Shown piece after piece: positions 41,495 through 52,381 of a stretch of DNA of 64,000 bases. The first letter of the stretch is position 1, and each line of letters starts with the position of its first letter. This stretch comes from Eledone cirrhosa (lineage: Eukaryota). Under the pieces are notes generated by a model, which was not told where the DNA came from, ran no database searches, and worked only from the letters and a program-made list of their open reading frames with translations. The stretch covers positions 22,196,001 to 22,260,000 of the forward strand of contig OZ024752.1 of NCBI GenBank assembly GCA_964016885.1. Reading direction: 5' to 3'. Position numbers and translations under genes: made by a program.

Positions 41495-41875
41495 TTTTTA
41501 TTTGAATATGGCAAAGCCGGCCATATATCGCTTGTATACAGGAACTGACTGGCCAGTCTGCTGATATGTAAATCTGGCTGATCAGTGGATCTGCTAATAT
41601 GCAAATCTGACTGATCAGCCAATCTGCTAATATGCAAATCAGTCACTGTATATTTTAGAAAATATATATTTTTACTAGCCCTGACAGTTGGCAGGTGAAC
41701 AGTGAACTGCACTGATGAAGGGTGATACCCAGAAACATTAGTGCCTGCAGTCCTGTTTACATGCCATCACAAGAGCAAGAACGAGGGCTCATTCTACTGA
41801 CATGGCTTTAAAAATGAGGCTGTTTGCATAATTGCAAACGAATCAAATATTATTATTAATATTCAAAAAACTCAT
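41495..41875 (+). mobile_element. Hammerhead-containing repeat (retrozyme-like or PLE pseudo-LTR), single monomer
   Basis: Colinear with 61940-62270 plus 61742-61900. Internal CTGCTAATATGCAAATC subrepeats. Confidence 0.75.
41695..41760 (+). ncRNA. Type I hammerhead motif with a mutated (GCC) cleavage triplet
   Basis: ACTGCA-CTGATGA-A-GGGT GAT ACCC-A-GAAAC-ATTAGT-GCC-TGCAGT. Confidence 0.7.
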
Positions 41876-41889
41876 TTATATATATATAT

Positions 41890-42520
41890 AAATGAAAGGA
41901 TTACAAAGGAGAATATATACTGTCAGAACATGTTTATATAAAAGCACCTACGTACGTTTCGCCCAAAAAGGGCTTCTCAAGGGCATAGAAAACTAGTGTT
42001 CAGTACAGGACCCAGAAGCGGTTTTAAAGTGATACATCAAAGTTCATTCTTAGTTCGAACATACACGTTGTTATTGACACAGAGCAAGGGGAGTAACTCT
42101 GGCCGGTGTTCGAATAATTGTCCCCAACGGGCTTATTACCCATTCACATGATGGTGGTTTTCCATTACTAATTTGTGGGTGCTACTTTACTATTGTCAAT
42201 TCAGGCAGGGTCTGAGATGCATAGTTGGTGTACAGATGTTTATTTGCGCAGCCTACCCACCGGAGTGTTATGGTTTGGTGCAGGGGAACCCAGTTTATGG
42301 TTTTCAGGTTTCTGTCACTTCCCAACCGAAGAAAGACTGTTGTATCCTGTGTCTGCAGTTTATCACCGATACTCCTCTGCTGTTGATGAGCTCGAGTGGT
42401 GCTCTTATGATATGGTAAAGTTCCACGAGGCAGAGCTCGCATTTCCTCTTGAAATTGTACGGTGCTGACAATTTCCCAGTGTGTGAAGAAACCGACGTTG
42501 GAGCTCAAGGCATATGTGCA
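41890..42520 (-). mobile_element. 3' remnant of a Penelope-like element (GIY-YIG C-terminus plus pseudo-LTR)
   Basis: Minus strand reads SAPYNFKRKCELCLVELYHIIRAPLELINSRGVSVINCRHRIQQSFFGW, homologous to the C-terminus at 49680-49845. Confidence 0.8.
41944..41984 (-). ncRNA. Minimal type I hammerhead, U3-A8 core variant
   Basis: Reverse complement GCCC-TTGAGAA-GCCC TTTTT GGGC-GAA-ACGTACGT-A-GGTGC, with a palindromic stem III and GUA triplet. Confidence 0.7.
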
Positions 42521-42824
42521 AAGGCCATTTGCTGCAGGAAAATAAGGGGTTTAACATTGCTTTTAGCTCTGCTTATTTACTCGGTCGAAAGTTAGATTAT
42601 AATTTAAATTCTGTCTAGCAGTAGGGATTTCCAGTGGCTGTAATCAGTCCCATGCTAGAGGGAATTTCCAGGTGTAGCCGATGGTTGATACCTCACTTCT
42701 TCACAATATCGGTTGCACCATGGAGCGCTCTACAGGTTGGAGCTAGATTCTTAAGGTTAACTTTGTTGCAATTCGATCTGACCACTCAATGTACTTTTTC
42801 CACATAGGGGTGACGGAGTATATT

Positions 42825-43145
42825 TAGAATAAGAAAATGCAAAGTAGTTTCAGATGTTAAAGTCCTTTAATGATAATGCTGTGATACATATTTCAATGAC
42901 GACAGTGGCCACACACTTCGATGTACCCAGTGCCGTGACATCATCAGACAGCTTCTTACATAATAAGGTTATGTTCCTGAGGTAATCCAAATTGAACATA
43001 ACCTTATTATGTAAGAAGCTGTCTGATGATGTCACGGCACTGGGTACATCGAAGTGTGTGGCCACTGTCGTCATTGAAATATGTATCACAGCATTATCAT
43101 TAAAGGACTTTAACATCTGAAACTACTTTGCATTTTCTTATTCTA
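42825..43145. repeat. 152-bp inverted repeat with 17-bp spacer
   Basis: 42825-42976 is the reverse complement of 42994-43145; no mismatch noticed by eye. Confidence 0.95.
43018..43092 (+). ncRNA. Hammerhead-like motif with long stem II (mirror copy at 42878-42952 on the minus strand)
   Basis: GCTGT-CTGATGA-...ACGGCA...TGTCGT...-GAA-ATATGTAT-C-ACAGC: 5-bp stem I and AUC triplet, but the base of stem II is imperfect. Confidence 0.55.
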
Positions 43146-43689
43146 TATATATATATATATAGGATTTTACACCACCGCTCCAGGCATCCACCCTGCTATA
43201 CTCGGAATTTTCAACATCCGTTCCTACACTCCGCGGAAAAACATCCAGGAACACATACACACACAAACACTTACACTATTTTCGCACCACACAACCACAC
43301 AACACACACTCAGCCTCCGGACTCCACGCCCCCTCTGACCCCTCTCCATCCACACGCACACACACACTGACTTACACCCCACCCCATGTACACACTGGTT
43401 TCCCTGTTACCCGAACATGGAACTTCGTGCTTCCCCAAACTCTTACATTCACATCCACACACACGCGTATACCTACACACATACACACACACCACCTGCC
43501 CTCTCCGCTTGGACCCCCTGTCTCCCTCTCCCCCCTCCATCAACACACCACCACCCCTACACGCCTCACATCCTTTTACCACTTGTTTCATTTCAATTTT
43601 TTTACCCTCTAAAAAAAATGCCCCCCCCCCTTTAATGTCTTTCCACCACTCCCCCTCACACCCTCGGGACTCCTTTCCTGCCCACTTTT

Positions 43690-43722
43690 CTCCTGATGAA
43701 GGACTTATGCCCGAAACATCCT
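43690..43722 (+). ncRNA. Degenerate hammerhead core in a probable PLE pseudo-LTR (43160-43800)
   Basis: CTGATGAAGGACTTATGCCCGAAACATC; stems I and III are not intact. Confidence 0.45.
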
Positions 43723-43804
43723 TCCCCACCCCTCACTCTCGAGCGTAAACCACTTTGTACTGCCTCTTCACTTCGTTTTTGTTTTCTGTTTTAACTATAA
43801 TATA

Positions 43805-44380
43805 CTAGCAGTGGTACCCGGCGTTGCACGGGATAAGGCATTGTGAAATATATAACCGCCTTAGCTAAGCTTAGTATTGCCACAACCACGGCTGACAAAG
43901 AAGTAAGGGTCTGGTGGTACGTAAGTAAGCAACACTGTGGCTTAAAACGTGAGGAAGAAGTTGTGTGCACCTACCAACTTTTGGGGGAATGAGTGTGAGA
44001 TTTGTCTTGAGCAAGAGTGGCAGAATAACCAGAGGCAGCAGACAGCCAGACATACAGACAGATATTATAAGGGCACGTTCTGGACGCAGAGCGAATTGTA
44101 GGAAGTGACGTAATGCAGACAGCCAGACATACAGACAGATATAAGGGCGTGACGTTATATATATGTATCTATCTAAAAAGAGAAAGACTAAGAATTATAG
44201 AGAGAGATCGCCTAATGCGGTCCCTAGGGCATTGAAAATTTGAATTTTATTTTGCTCAGAACACTTTCCGAAACAAGTATTCCATGTGTAAAGTTTGAAA
44301 AGAGTCGGTTGGGTGTTTCTCTTTTAGGGATTCAAACTCACACACACACAGACATCCTCAGTTTTATATATATATATAGA
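43805..44380 (-). mobile_element. Non-autonomous Helitron
   Basis: Minus strand has an A|TCTATAT 5' end and a 3' hairpin CCCGTGCAACGCCGGG followed by CTAG|T. No TSD. Confidence 0.8.
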
Positions 44381-44627
44381 TATGTGTGTATATATATAAT
44401 ATAATATAATGAAATTATTGTGTAAAGTGCTCAGGTGCACTACAACTCGTCAATATAGTACATAGAATAATACACAAATGTCAGGGAAGTACATGTGTGT
44501 ATGTGTTAGCTGTAGTGTTGGCGGATCTCGGGAAGCATGGAGGCATGGAGGCCCAGTGTATATATGTGTGTGTGTGTATGTATATCTGTCTATATATATG
44601 TGTGTGTATATATATATATATATATAT

Positions 44628-44927
44628 AGTGAAAGAGTGAAGAATAACATGGTTGGCTGTACAAAACGGCTTTTATTTACAGTATTAACAATTGTTTCAT
44701 TGATCAGGTGAGTCTAAAGGCTGCTAATGACTCGAAATTCGAGTATTTACCTCTGATCAAACCCTCAGTATTCTCAGGATTTGATGAGAGGTAAATACTG
44801 TATTTAAGGTCAAGTGACGCAAGTGATTAGCGGCCTTTAGACTCACCTGATCAATGAAACAATTGTTAATACTTGAAATAAAGCCCCTTCTTGTACAGAC
44901 GACCATTTTATTATTCAATCTTTCACT
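44628..44927. mobile_element. Inverted pair of PLE pseudo-LTR fragments (family of 56170-60050) in (TA)n
   Basis: Arms resemble 56170-56330 and 59730-59887; imperfect fold-back of about 130 bp per arm. Confidence 0.8.
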
Positions 44928-44940
44928 ATATATATATATA

Positions 44941-45270
44941 TGGAGGCACGTGGCTTAGTGGTTAGAGCATTGGCTTTGCAATCGAAAGATTGTGAGTTCA
45001 ATTTTCAGACCGGGTGATGTGTTGTTTCCTTGAGCAAGACACTTTATTTCACATTGCTCCAGTTTACTCAGCTGTAGAAATGAGATGATAGGGACCCCAG
45101 TCCCTATCATTCCACTGCAAAGGGGTCGTGGAGGTTCCACGGCAAAAAAGCACCCAGCACTCACTGCAAATGAGGTTGGTGTTAGGAAGGGCATCCAGCT
45201 GTAGAAATCAAGCCAGAATCAGTTCCCGTCCCACCCTTGCAAGCAGGGAAAAGCGGACGTAAAATGATGA

Positions 45271-45274
<4 letters not shown>
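44941..45274 (+). mobile_element. tRNA/CORE-type SINE with RTE-derived 3' end and (ATG)n tail
   Basis: A box TGGCTTAGTGG, B-like GAGTTCAATT and CORE-like domain. The last about 45 bp nearly match the adjacent RTE 3' end. Confidence 0.85.
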
Positions 45275-45346
<72 letters not shown>

Positions 45347-45350
45347 GTGT

Positions 45351-47402
45351 ATCATCATCATCATCATCATCATTTTACGTCCGCTCTTCCCTGCTTGCAA
45401 GGGTGGGACGGGTCTTATTCAGCACAGCATCTCTCCACTTGTCACGGTCCTTCGTCATCTCCACCGTGAGCTTCAGCAATATGAGATCTGTTCTCACCAC
45501 CTCCGCCCATGTTTTTCGTGGTCTACCTCTACCACGTCTTCATTCAACTGGCATTTCCTGGCACTTCTTCACCCATCGGTCATCCTCCATGCGCATCACA
45601 TGTCCATACCCCCTCAGTCTCCTCTCTCGCACACTACATTCTATCCCTCTCAGACACAGTTTCTCTCTCAACACATTCATGCTGGGTCGTTCACGCACAT
45701 TGACACTGCACATCCAATGGAGCATGCTTGCCTCATTTCACACCAGCCATCGCATATCCTCTGCAGTTGGCACCCATGTCTCACTACCATTCAGCATCGC
45801 ACACCTCACACAAGCATCATATAACCGGCCTTTCGTATGCAGGGAGAAACCCTTCTTCGACAGCAGCTCCCTAAACTTCTTCCAACCCGTCCTTATTCTA
45901 GATACTATGGCCTCGGAACACCCCCCTCCCATGCTAATCTGATCTCCTAGGTACCGGAAGCTATCCACCACTTCTATAGCACCCGCCTGCATTTGAAAAA
46001 TGTGTCTATCAATGCGACTTCTACTGTCTAATTTCCCTGTACATCTACTGCATACGTATTTCTCCCTACCCGTTAGTTTGCCTGCTATCCCGCTACATCT
46101 CTTGTGTACCCAGGATCTGCATTGTGTGCATTTTATAGAATTTATGCCAGTTCCTTTTCTGCATATCGAACATGGCCATTTCCCTGGCGGAATCAGAGTT
46201 TTGTCCTCTTTTCTACTCATCAACACTTTTATCTTAGCTAGGTTCACTCTCAGTCCTCTTGATTCCAACTGCTGTTTCCATAGCCAGAATTTATTCTCTA
46301 GCTCCTCTACTGATTCTGCTATAAGAACCAGATCGTCAGCATAGAGAAGTTCCCATGGACAGCCAGTCTTAAACTCATCTGTTATGGCTTGGAGGACTAT
46401 ACTGAACAAGAGCGGGCTGAGGACAGAACCTCGATGTACTCCTACTTGTATCTGGAATTCCTCACTAAAATCCATTCCTACCCTGACTTTACTGACAGTA
46501 CCTCTGTACAAAGTTTGCACTGTCCTCACAATCCATTCCTGAACACCTAGTTTCCTTAGGGACCACCAGATGACAGATCGAGGTACCCTATCAAAGGCCT
46601 TCTCTCGGTCAACAAAGGCTAAGTATAGTGGCTTATTTTTCTCTAAGAACCTCTCTTGTAATTGTCTCACCAAGAAGAGGGCATCTGTTGTACTCTTCCC
46701 AGGCACAAAACCAAATTGCATATCATCTAGTTTGACACTTTCTCTAATTAGTTGTGCTAATATCCTTTCTGCCACTTTCATAACCTGATCCATCAGTTTT
46801 ATACCCCTATAATTGCTCCTCTCCAGAGCATCCCCTTTACCTTTGTAGCAATTTATGAGAATACTGCTGCACCAGTCTTTGAGTATGACACCACCATATA
46901 TAGCCTGGTTGATGATGCGTGCAACCAGTTTAGTGCCTACGTCCCCTGATGCCTTCAGCATCTCAGCAACTATCCCCGATGGTCCAGCAGCGTTACCATT
47001 TTTCCTTTCCTTAATCGCCTCTTGGACCCTATATTCGCTAATCTCAATAGCTGGTCCCTCTGTCGGGTCTACTGAGGGTAATTTCTCTCTCTCCCCTTCG
47101 TTCTCCACATTCATCAGTCTCTCATAATGACATTTCTAGGCATCCTTTTTCTGATCATTCGTGACACTAAGTACACCGGCATCATTCCAGACACATTTAT
47201 CTGCAACAACATCCTGATTTGCATTGGTACACTGCCTTGCAATGTGGAACACCGCACGCCTCTGATCTTACCGTCGCAGAACATTGGCAAACCCCCTACT
47301 CTCAGCCTCCCTGTGTGCTAAGTACACCTGACGTCTAGCTTCTCTCTTAGCGGCTGTATATCCTTCCCTACTCCCACCCTTTTTCTAAGCCTTCCATGCT
47401 AG
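45351..47402 (-). mobile_element. RTE-clade LINE, RT and 3' end, decayed
   Basis: ORF 45738-47114 contains NYRGIKL, QFGF, AFVDREKAFDRVP, GVHRGSVLSPLLF, LLYADDL and a Cys-rich PHD-like insert. (ATG)n tail; stops and frameshift present. Confidence 0.93.
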
Positions 47403-47430
47403 TCTATGTATATATATATATATGTGTGTG

Positions 47431-47490
<60 letters not shown>

Positions 47491-47494
47491 TATA

Positions 47495-50128
47495 ACAGGG
47501 TATAAATATCGTAGGAGAGGAGGAAGCAGAGAGGTGCGATGCAGATTACTAAATGCCAATCCGAAGCGTGGTGTGCTCAATGCTTGGGTTAGCAGAGTTA
47601 AATATTAGCAGATTTAATATCTAGCGCATAGTTTAAGCAGAGATTAATATACCCCTCCACCTCTAATATAGGTAGAATTAGCAAAGTGATCCTCGATAGG
47701 ATAATACCTGTGCTAAATAGTAAGGCTAAGGTCCTTCTTTGGAACAATACTGGCCAGGTCATCAAATGGTTCACAAATATACACGATGAGGATTCTTTAA
47801 AATTTATTCAGTTCGACATAGATAATTACTACGCCTCTATCTCCCCTGTACTCCTAAACAAAGCCCTCATCTTAGCTAGATCTAATACTAGTTTAACTAA
47901 AAAAGAAATAGATATAGTGCTTGCAGCGAGACGAACCATCATACACTTCGAAGGCTCATACTGGACCCGAGCCAACCGTCCTGATAATTTCGATATCACA
48001 ATGGGGTCGAGTGACTCGGCACAGGTAACTGACCTGGTTCGAATATACCTCCTGCATACGCTCAGGGAAGAGATCCCCGCACTATCTGTAGAATAGAAAA
48101 CCTCAATAAGCATATCCATAAGTTCTTTAAAACGTATGGCCTCTCAGTTACAATAGATCATAACCACAAAGTAGTTAACTTCCTAGATGTAACATTAGAG
48201 TTAGATACCGGCCTTTATAGACCGTACCACAAGCCAGGTGAGGTCCTGTCTTACATTACCAAAGCATCTAATCACCCCAAATCTACACTTAACTCTATAG
48301 TGAGTAGCATCTCGCACAGAATCTCGAGGCTATCGGCCAACGAGGACCTTTTCGACCAAACTGCTGACTACTACAACAAAGCACTGGCTGAATCTGGGTA
48401 TAGCAGTAGGATTTCTTACATCCAGGACACTAGTTCTACTAGGTCCCCCTCCCATAGGACCAGTATAATGGCGTGGCGCACCAATAACCACCGTGGCAGT
48501 GGGCTTGTTAATGGGAAATATACAGATCGAACCAACATTGTGACTGACCTAGGCCAACATCACAACAGCAATGGTGGTGGGCCAGGGGGACCATAAACTG
48601 GTGCCAATCTAATTTAGACAATATAACTAGAAATAGTTTACTATAAAAATTTCCCGCATACAGGCTTAACAATGGAGATGGTATCTTACCAACACCTACC
48701 AGCAAACATAGGGCAACCCAGGTCCGCCCCCCATGGAGTAGGTTACCACATGGGTCTAATAGGAACAGAGCGCACAACAGGCAGCAGTCCAACTGCCATA
48801 GTAGAAACACCCACCAGGGCTTAAACGACCACACCGGCCCAACGGTGAAACGGAAACGCCGGCGTAATGTCATATGGTTCCTTCTCCCTACTCGGGGAGT
48901 ATAGCCTCAAACATACCCAGAATCTTCTTCGACGCCATAGAGAGGAATTTCCCACCTAACCATAGCTACCACAAGATCCTCAACAAGTATAATGTCAAAA
49001 TCTCTTACTCTACTACATCTAACATAGGGATCTTATAGCTCTTAGTAACCACAGGAAGCTCACTGGAATCAAGCCATCTTGTAATGCCAATATCGGAACG
49101 TCTGGCCACCTTAATAACCATAACAGCACCGGTAGCCATAATATCAATAATAGAAACCAGGATAATAACCATAGTAATAGCAATAACATCAACAATATCA
49201 ACACCATAGAGACTAACCACAGCATTAATAGTGGAACTGGTGATCAGGGTAGGAACCATAGCAGCGATAACAACAGCAGTGGAAGGAACCATAATAGGAA
49301 CAACAGAATTATCACCATGCCTCAAAACTATATCTGTAATAATGCCAACGGCAACAATGACGACAGTGGTAATGGTGGTAATGATGGTAGTAATGATAGC
49401 AGCGGACCTCACCACTTTAGAAATAGCAACAAAAAGTATTGCAGTTGCCGAAACCCCAACAACTGTCTGCTCCAGGGCCACCTCTTGATTAGAAACGTAA
49501 TCTACAAATGCACTAGGTCATACATAGGCACCACTTCTAATGAGTTCAAGACTAGATTTAGATCACATCTCCACTCCTTTAGAAATAAGAAACTCAGATT
49601 CTCTACCTCCCTCGCTAATTATATTACGCTATTAACTGAATCTAACATTAGCTACACCACACAATGGGGAATAGTAGATCTAGCAACCCCATATAATTTT
49701 AGGAAAAATGCCAGCTCTGCTTAATGGAAACATACTATATAATGAACTCACTCCAGGAACTCATTAATAGTCGGGCCGAAACGGTCATCAATTGCGGCCA
49801 CAGACTACAGCACTCGTTCTACAAGTGGTCCCCAGAACCAGAATAACATCCTATCCCCACAGCTATCTGCATTGCACCTGCAATAGGTAGGCCAAAGTGC
49901 AGTGTCTAATGACGCTATCAACCAACCATCGGATTTTTACCGAGGCACTGCCCATCACCTACTGAGTTAGGCTCACCCTGCTAAAGCTTCCCCCTAGCTG
50001 GGATAGGTTAAAACAAATTTTAGGGTAATTTACGGCCTAGCACCGTACTGTTACCTTCCGTAGTGGATTATGTCCCTTTCACCGACGCCATTGTGCTTAC
50101 ATTTTTTTCGCTTATAATGCAGGGAGAC
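47495..50128 (+). mobile_element. Penelope-like element (RT plus C-terminal GIY-YIG), 5'-truncated and frameshifted
   Basis: GRISKVILDR, FIQFDIDNYYASI, FDITMGSSDSAQVTDLV, VNFLDVTL, SNHP, CSCRNPNNC and VIYKC..SYIGTTSNEFKTRFRSH motifs. The catalytic DD motif is deleted. 47530-47552 resembles an inverted copy of 49865-49880. Confidence 0.88.
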
Positions 50129-50400
50129 GTGAAACCTTTCAATGTGCCTACGTTCATGGTACCAACTCTGAAGTTGGGAGGGTGGGATGGATGGGTTGGA
50201 GGGGCAGGGAGGGGTGTGGGAGACGGGATTTTGTTGGTCATCTGTGTCCGAAATAAAGAGGGGTCTTTGTATTCTCGTCTTGCAGCGGGAGGTGAATTTA
50301 TCTTTATCTGTGACATTGTCATTGAGTGCTTAGACTTTTCAAATTTCCGCAGTCAACCCATCAAACAGGTCTAAACTTAAGGAGTAGTAACCGGGGTGGT
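50129..50400 (-). mobile_element. 5' portion of an RTE LINE (start of the APE endonuclease)
   Basis: Minus strand reads PNFRVGTMNVGTLKG, the typical RTE endonuclease start, and is cut off at the PLE junction. Confidence 0.65.
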
Positions 50401-50467
50401 AGCTTTGCTATACTGATTTGTTAGAGAACTTACTAAAGTCGCTGAGTTATGATTGGACCATATAGCA

Positions 50468-50842
50468 ATGGGTGACTTTAGGAGAAGTTTAGTTTTTAGG
50501 AAGGGTCCAACAGATTGAGACATATTACAAAGTTTGCGAGCGAGATGCTAGAAGGTTAGTTTTTAGGAAGGGTCCAACAGAAAGAGACATATTATTAAAA
50601 ATATATAAAATATTAATTGTAGATCCGAGAGGAAAACGGAGAATTTGACTTCTAGATTGATATAAATAGGAGTTTAAAACACTGAGACAACTTTATGGGT
50701 GACTTTAGGAGAAGTTTAGTTTTTAGGAAGGGTCCAACAGATTGAGACGTATTAAAAAGATGTAAAATAATAATTTAAAATCAGAGAGGAAAACGGAGAA
50801 TTTGAATTTTAGAGTGGTATAAATAAGAGTTTAAAACACTGC
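50468..50842. repeat. Local imperfect tandem duplication (about 227-bp period with an internal sub-repeat)
   Basis: ATGGGTGACTTTAGGAGAAGTTTAG occurs twice and TAGTTTTTAGGAAGGGTCCAACAG three times. Confidence 0.8.
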
Positions 50843-51022
50843 TTAATTGAGGAGACTACGAAATAAAGAAAAGACAGGTATTGCTTACATTCTCAAAATC
50901 GACAGATCGCCCGTAAGATAATTTGATATATATATATATAACCACTGCTCCTTTCCCCCTCTCCATTCAAGTCAAACAATTCTAAATCTCAAGCTATTCA
51001 CAATCCACCGCCCACATAAACG

Positions 51023-52381
51023 ATGATGGGTAACGGAAATCCACGGACTGCCAGCTCAGAGAGCAACACTTGCCTGGCCACAGACATCATATTGAAAATC
51101 ATCTCATCAACACAAAATCAAGATATAAAAAGTGTCTTGTCGAAATATGATATCAAACAGGAAAGTGGAGCAATATACAAAAATATTTTCACAAACTGTA
51201 AGTTTACAATGTTAAAGAAAGCAGCAGCTTTCTTGAATGATGGTGTTCAAGTTGAGCTCACAAAATCAAACCTCACCAACTGGATTATAACAAGGATTGA
51301 AAACTTCCTCCCGGAGTCTTGCAAAATGTGTGACAAACAGTACTGCATTACATTTGGCCAAAAACCAGCTTTGGCATGCTTCATCTGTGGACAAGGAATA
51401 CACGAAGCGTGCTACTTAAAAAAGATAAATAACCACACCATTCCAGATATTCTAGGCCTACACTGGCTATGCGGTTATTGTTCACCAAGGGCCACAATAA
51501 CGAATGAACCTAGGACCCTACCACAGACAGGCCGTTCTAAGCAGACATTGATTGGCGAAACTGACATGGCAAATAAATCCTGCCACACACAGGCCATCCA
51601 AGTGCCTCTTGTAAATGACAAGAATGAAGACAATGACATGCAAACACCTACAAAACAAGAAACAGGAGATCCTGCAGAAAAAGACCAAACTTCCCACGAA
51701 AAGAAACAGATTCAGAGCAAACGCTCAAATGAAGAAAGGCCAGTATGTATCCATTACAGGAGCAACAAGTGCAAACATGGTCTTTCAGGTAAAGGGTGCA
51801 CGTACAGTCACCCCAAACCATGCAAACCATATATCAACTTCGGTACTGATCGAAAAAAAGGATGCCAAAATGACCGAGAATGTGAACTCCTTCACCCAAA
51901 GATGTGCCGCAATTCGCTGAGAAAAAAAGAATGTTTTGACGAGAATTGCAAATTTATGCACCGGAAGGGTACAATTCGCATAAAAACTACTGAACCCACA
52001 CCACCAGGACCAAGCTCAGCAGGGTATGAAAACCATTTCCCAAAAATGCAGAAACCAGGACATGGCTCAACAGTGAATGAAAATCATGCTACTCAATTGC
52101 ACACATCAGCTGTAACAAACCCAAACTCGCAGAAATTCGATACAGTAATGAATGAAAGCAGTTTTTTAGGCATAATCTACCAACTACAACAACAGCTGTA
52201 CTCCATACAGATGACTCAGCAAAACCAGGCAACATTGATACAAAGGCTGACACCTGGACTTACAGGCCACATACAACAAATACAGACAGCCCAGCAGACC
52301 GAATATCCAGTCAGCACAGTCCCAGCAACTACAACAGTCTTGCCAACAATAGGGCAGATGTATCCGGTACAACAAGCATAA
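51023..52381 (+). CDS. LINE ORF1 (PHD finger, tandem CCCH zinc fingers, Q-rich tail), intact
   Basis: CKMC...CFICGQGIHEAC...WLCGYC PHD finger and three C-x-C-x-C-x3-H modules; 452 aa without a stop. Confidence 0.88.
   Translation: MMGNGNPRTASSESNTCLATDIILKIISSTQNQDIKSVLSKYDIKQESGAIYKNIFTNCKFTMLKKAAAFLNDGVQVELTKSNLTNWIITRIENFLPESCKMCDKQYCITFGQKPALACFICGQGIHEACYLKKINNHTIPDILGLHWLCGYCSPRATITNEPRTLPQTGRSKQTLIGETDMANKSCHTQAIQVPLVNDKNEDNDMQTPTKQETGDPAEKDQTSHEKKQIQSKRSNEERPVCIHYRSNKCKHGLSGKGCTYSHPKPCKPYINFGTDRKKGCQNDRECELLHPKMCRNSLRKKECFDENCKFMHRKGTIRIKTTEPTPPGPSSAGYENHFPKMQKPGHGSTVNENHATQLHTSAVTNPNSQKFDTVMNESSFLGIIYQLQQQLYSIQMTQQNQATLIQRLTPGLTGHIQQIQTAQQTEYPVSTVPATTTVLPTIGQMYPVQQA
52162..52168 (+). 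promoter_or_regulatory. Candidate -1 ribosomal frameshift slippery heptamer T_TTT_TTA
   Basis: In ORF1 frame it reads agT TTT TTA ggc. The -1 frame has TGA at 52153-55 and is then open, without ATG, into the endonuclease. Confidence 0.65.

Noticed and set aside
42850-43116. 88-aa ORF across the palindrome
   Set aside because: Artefact of the inverted repeat with no recognisable domain.
44941-45015. tRNA gene
   Set aside because: A/B boxes run into a SINE body, with no complete cloverleaf or oligo-T terminator.
47640-49845. Selenocysteine recoding in the PLE ORFs
   Set aside because: No in-frame TGA noticed at the conserved Cys positions inspected and no SECIS recognised; the ORF breaks look like ordinary decay.
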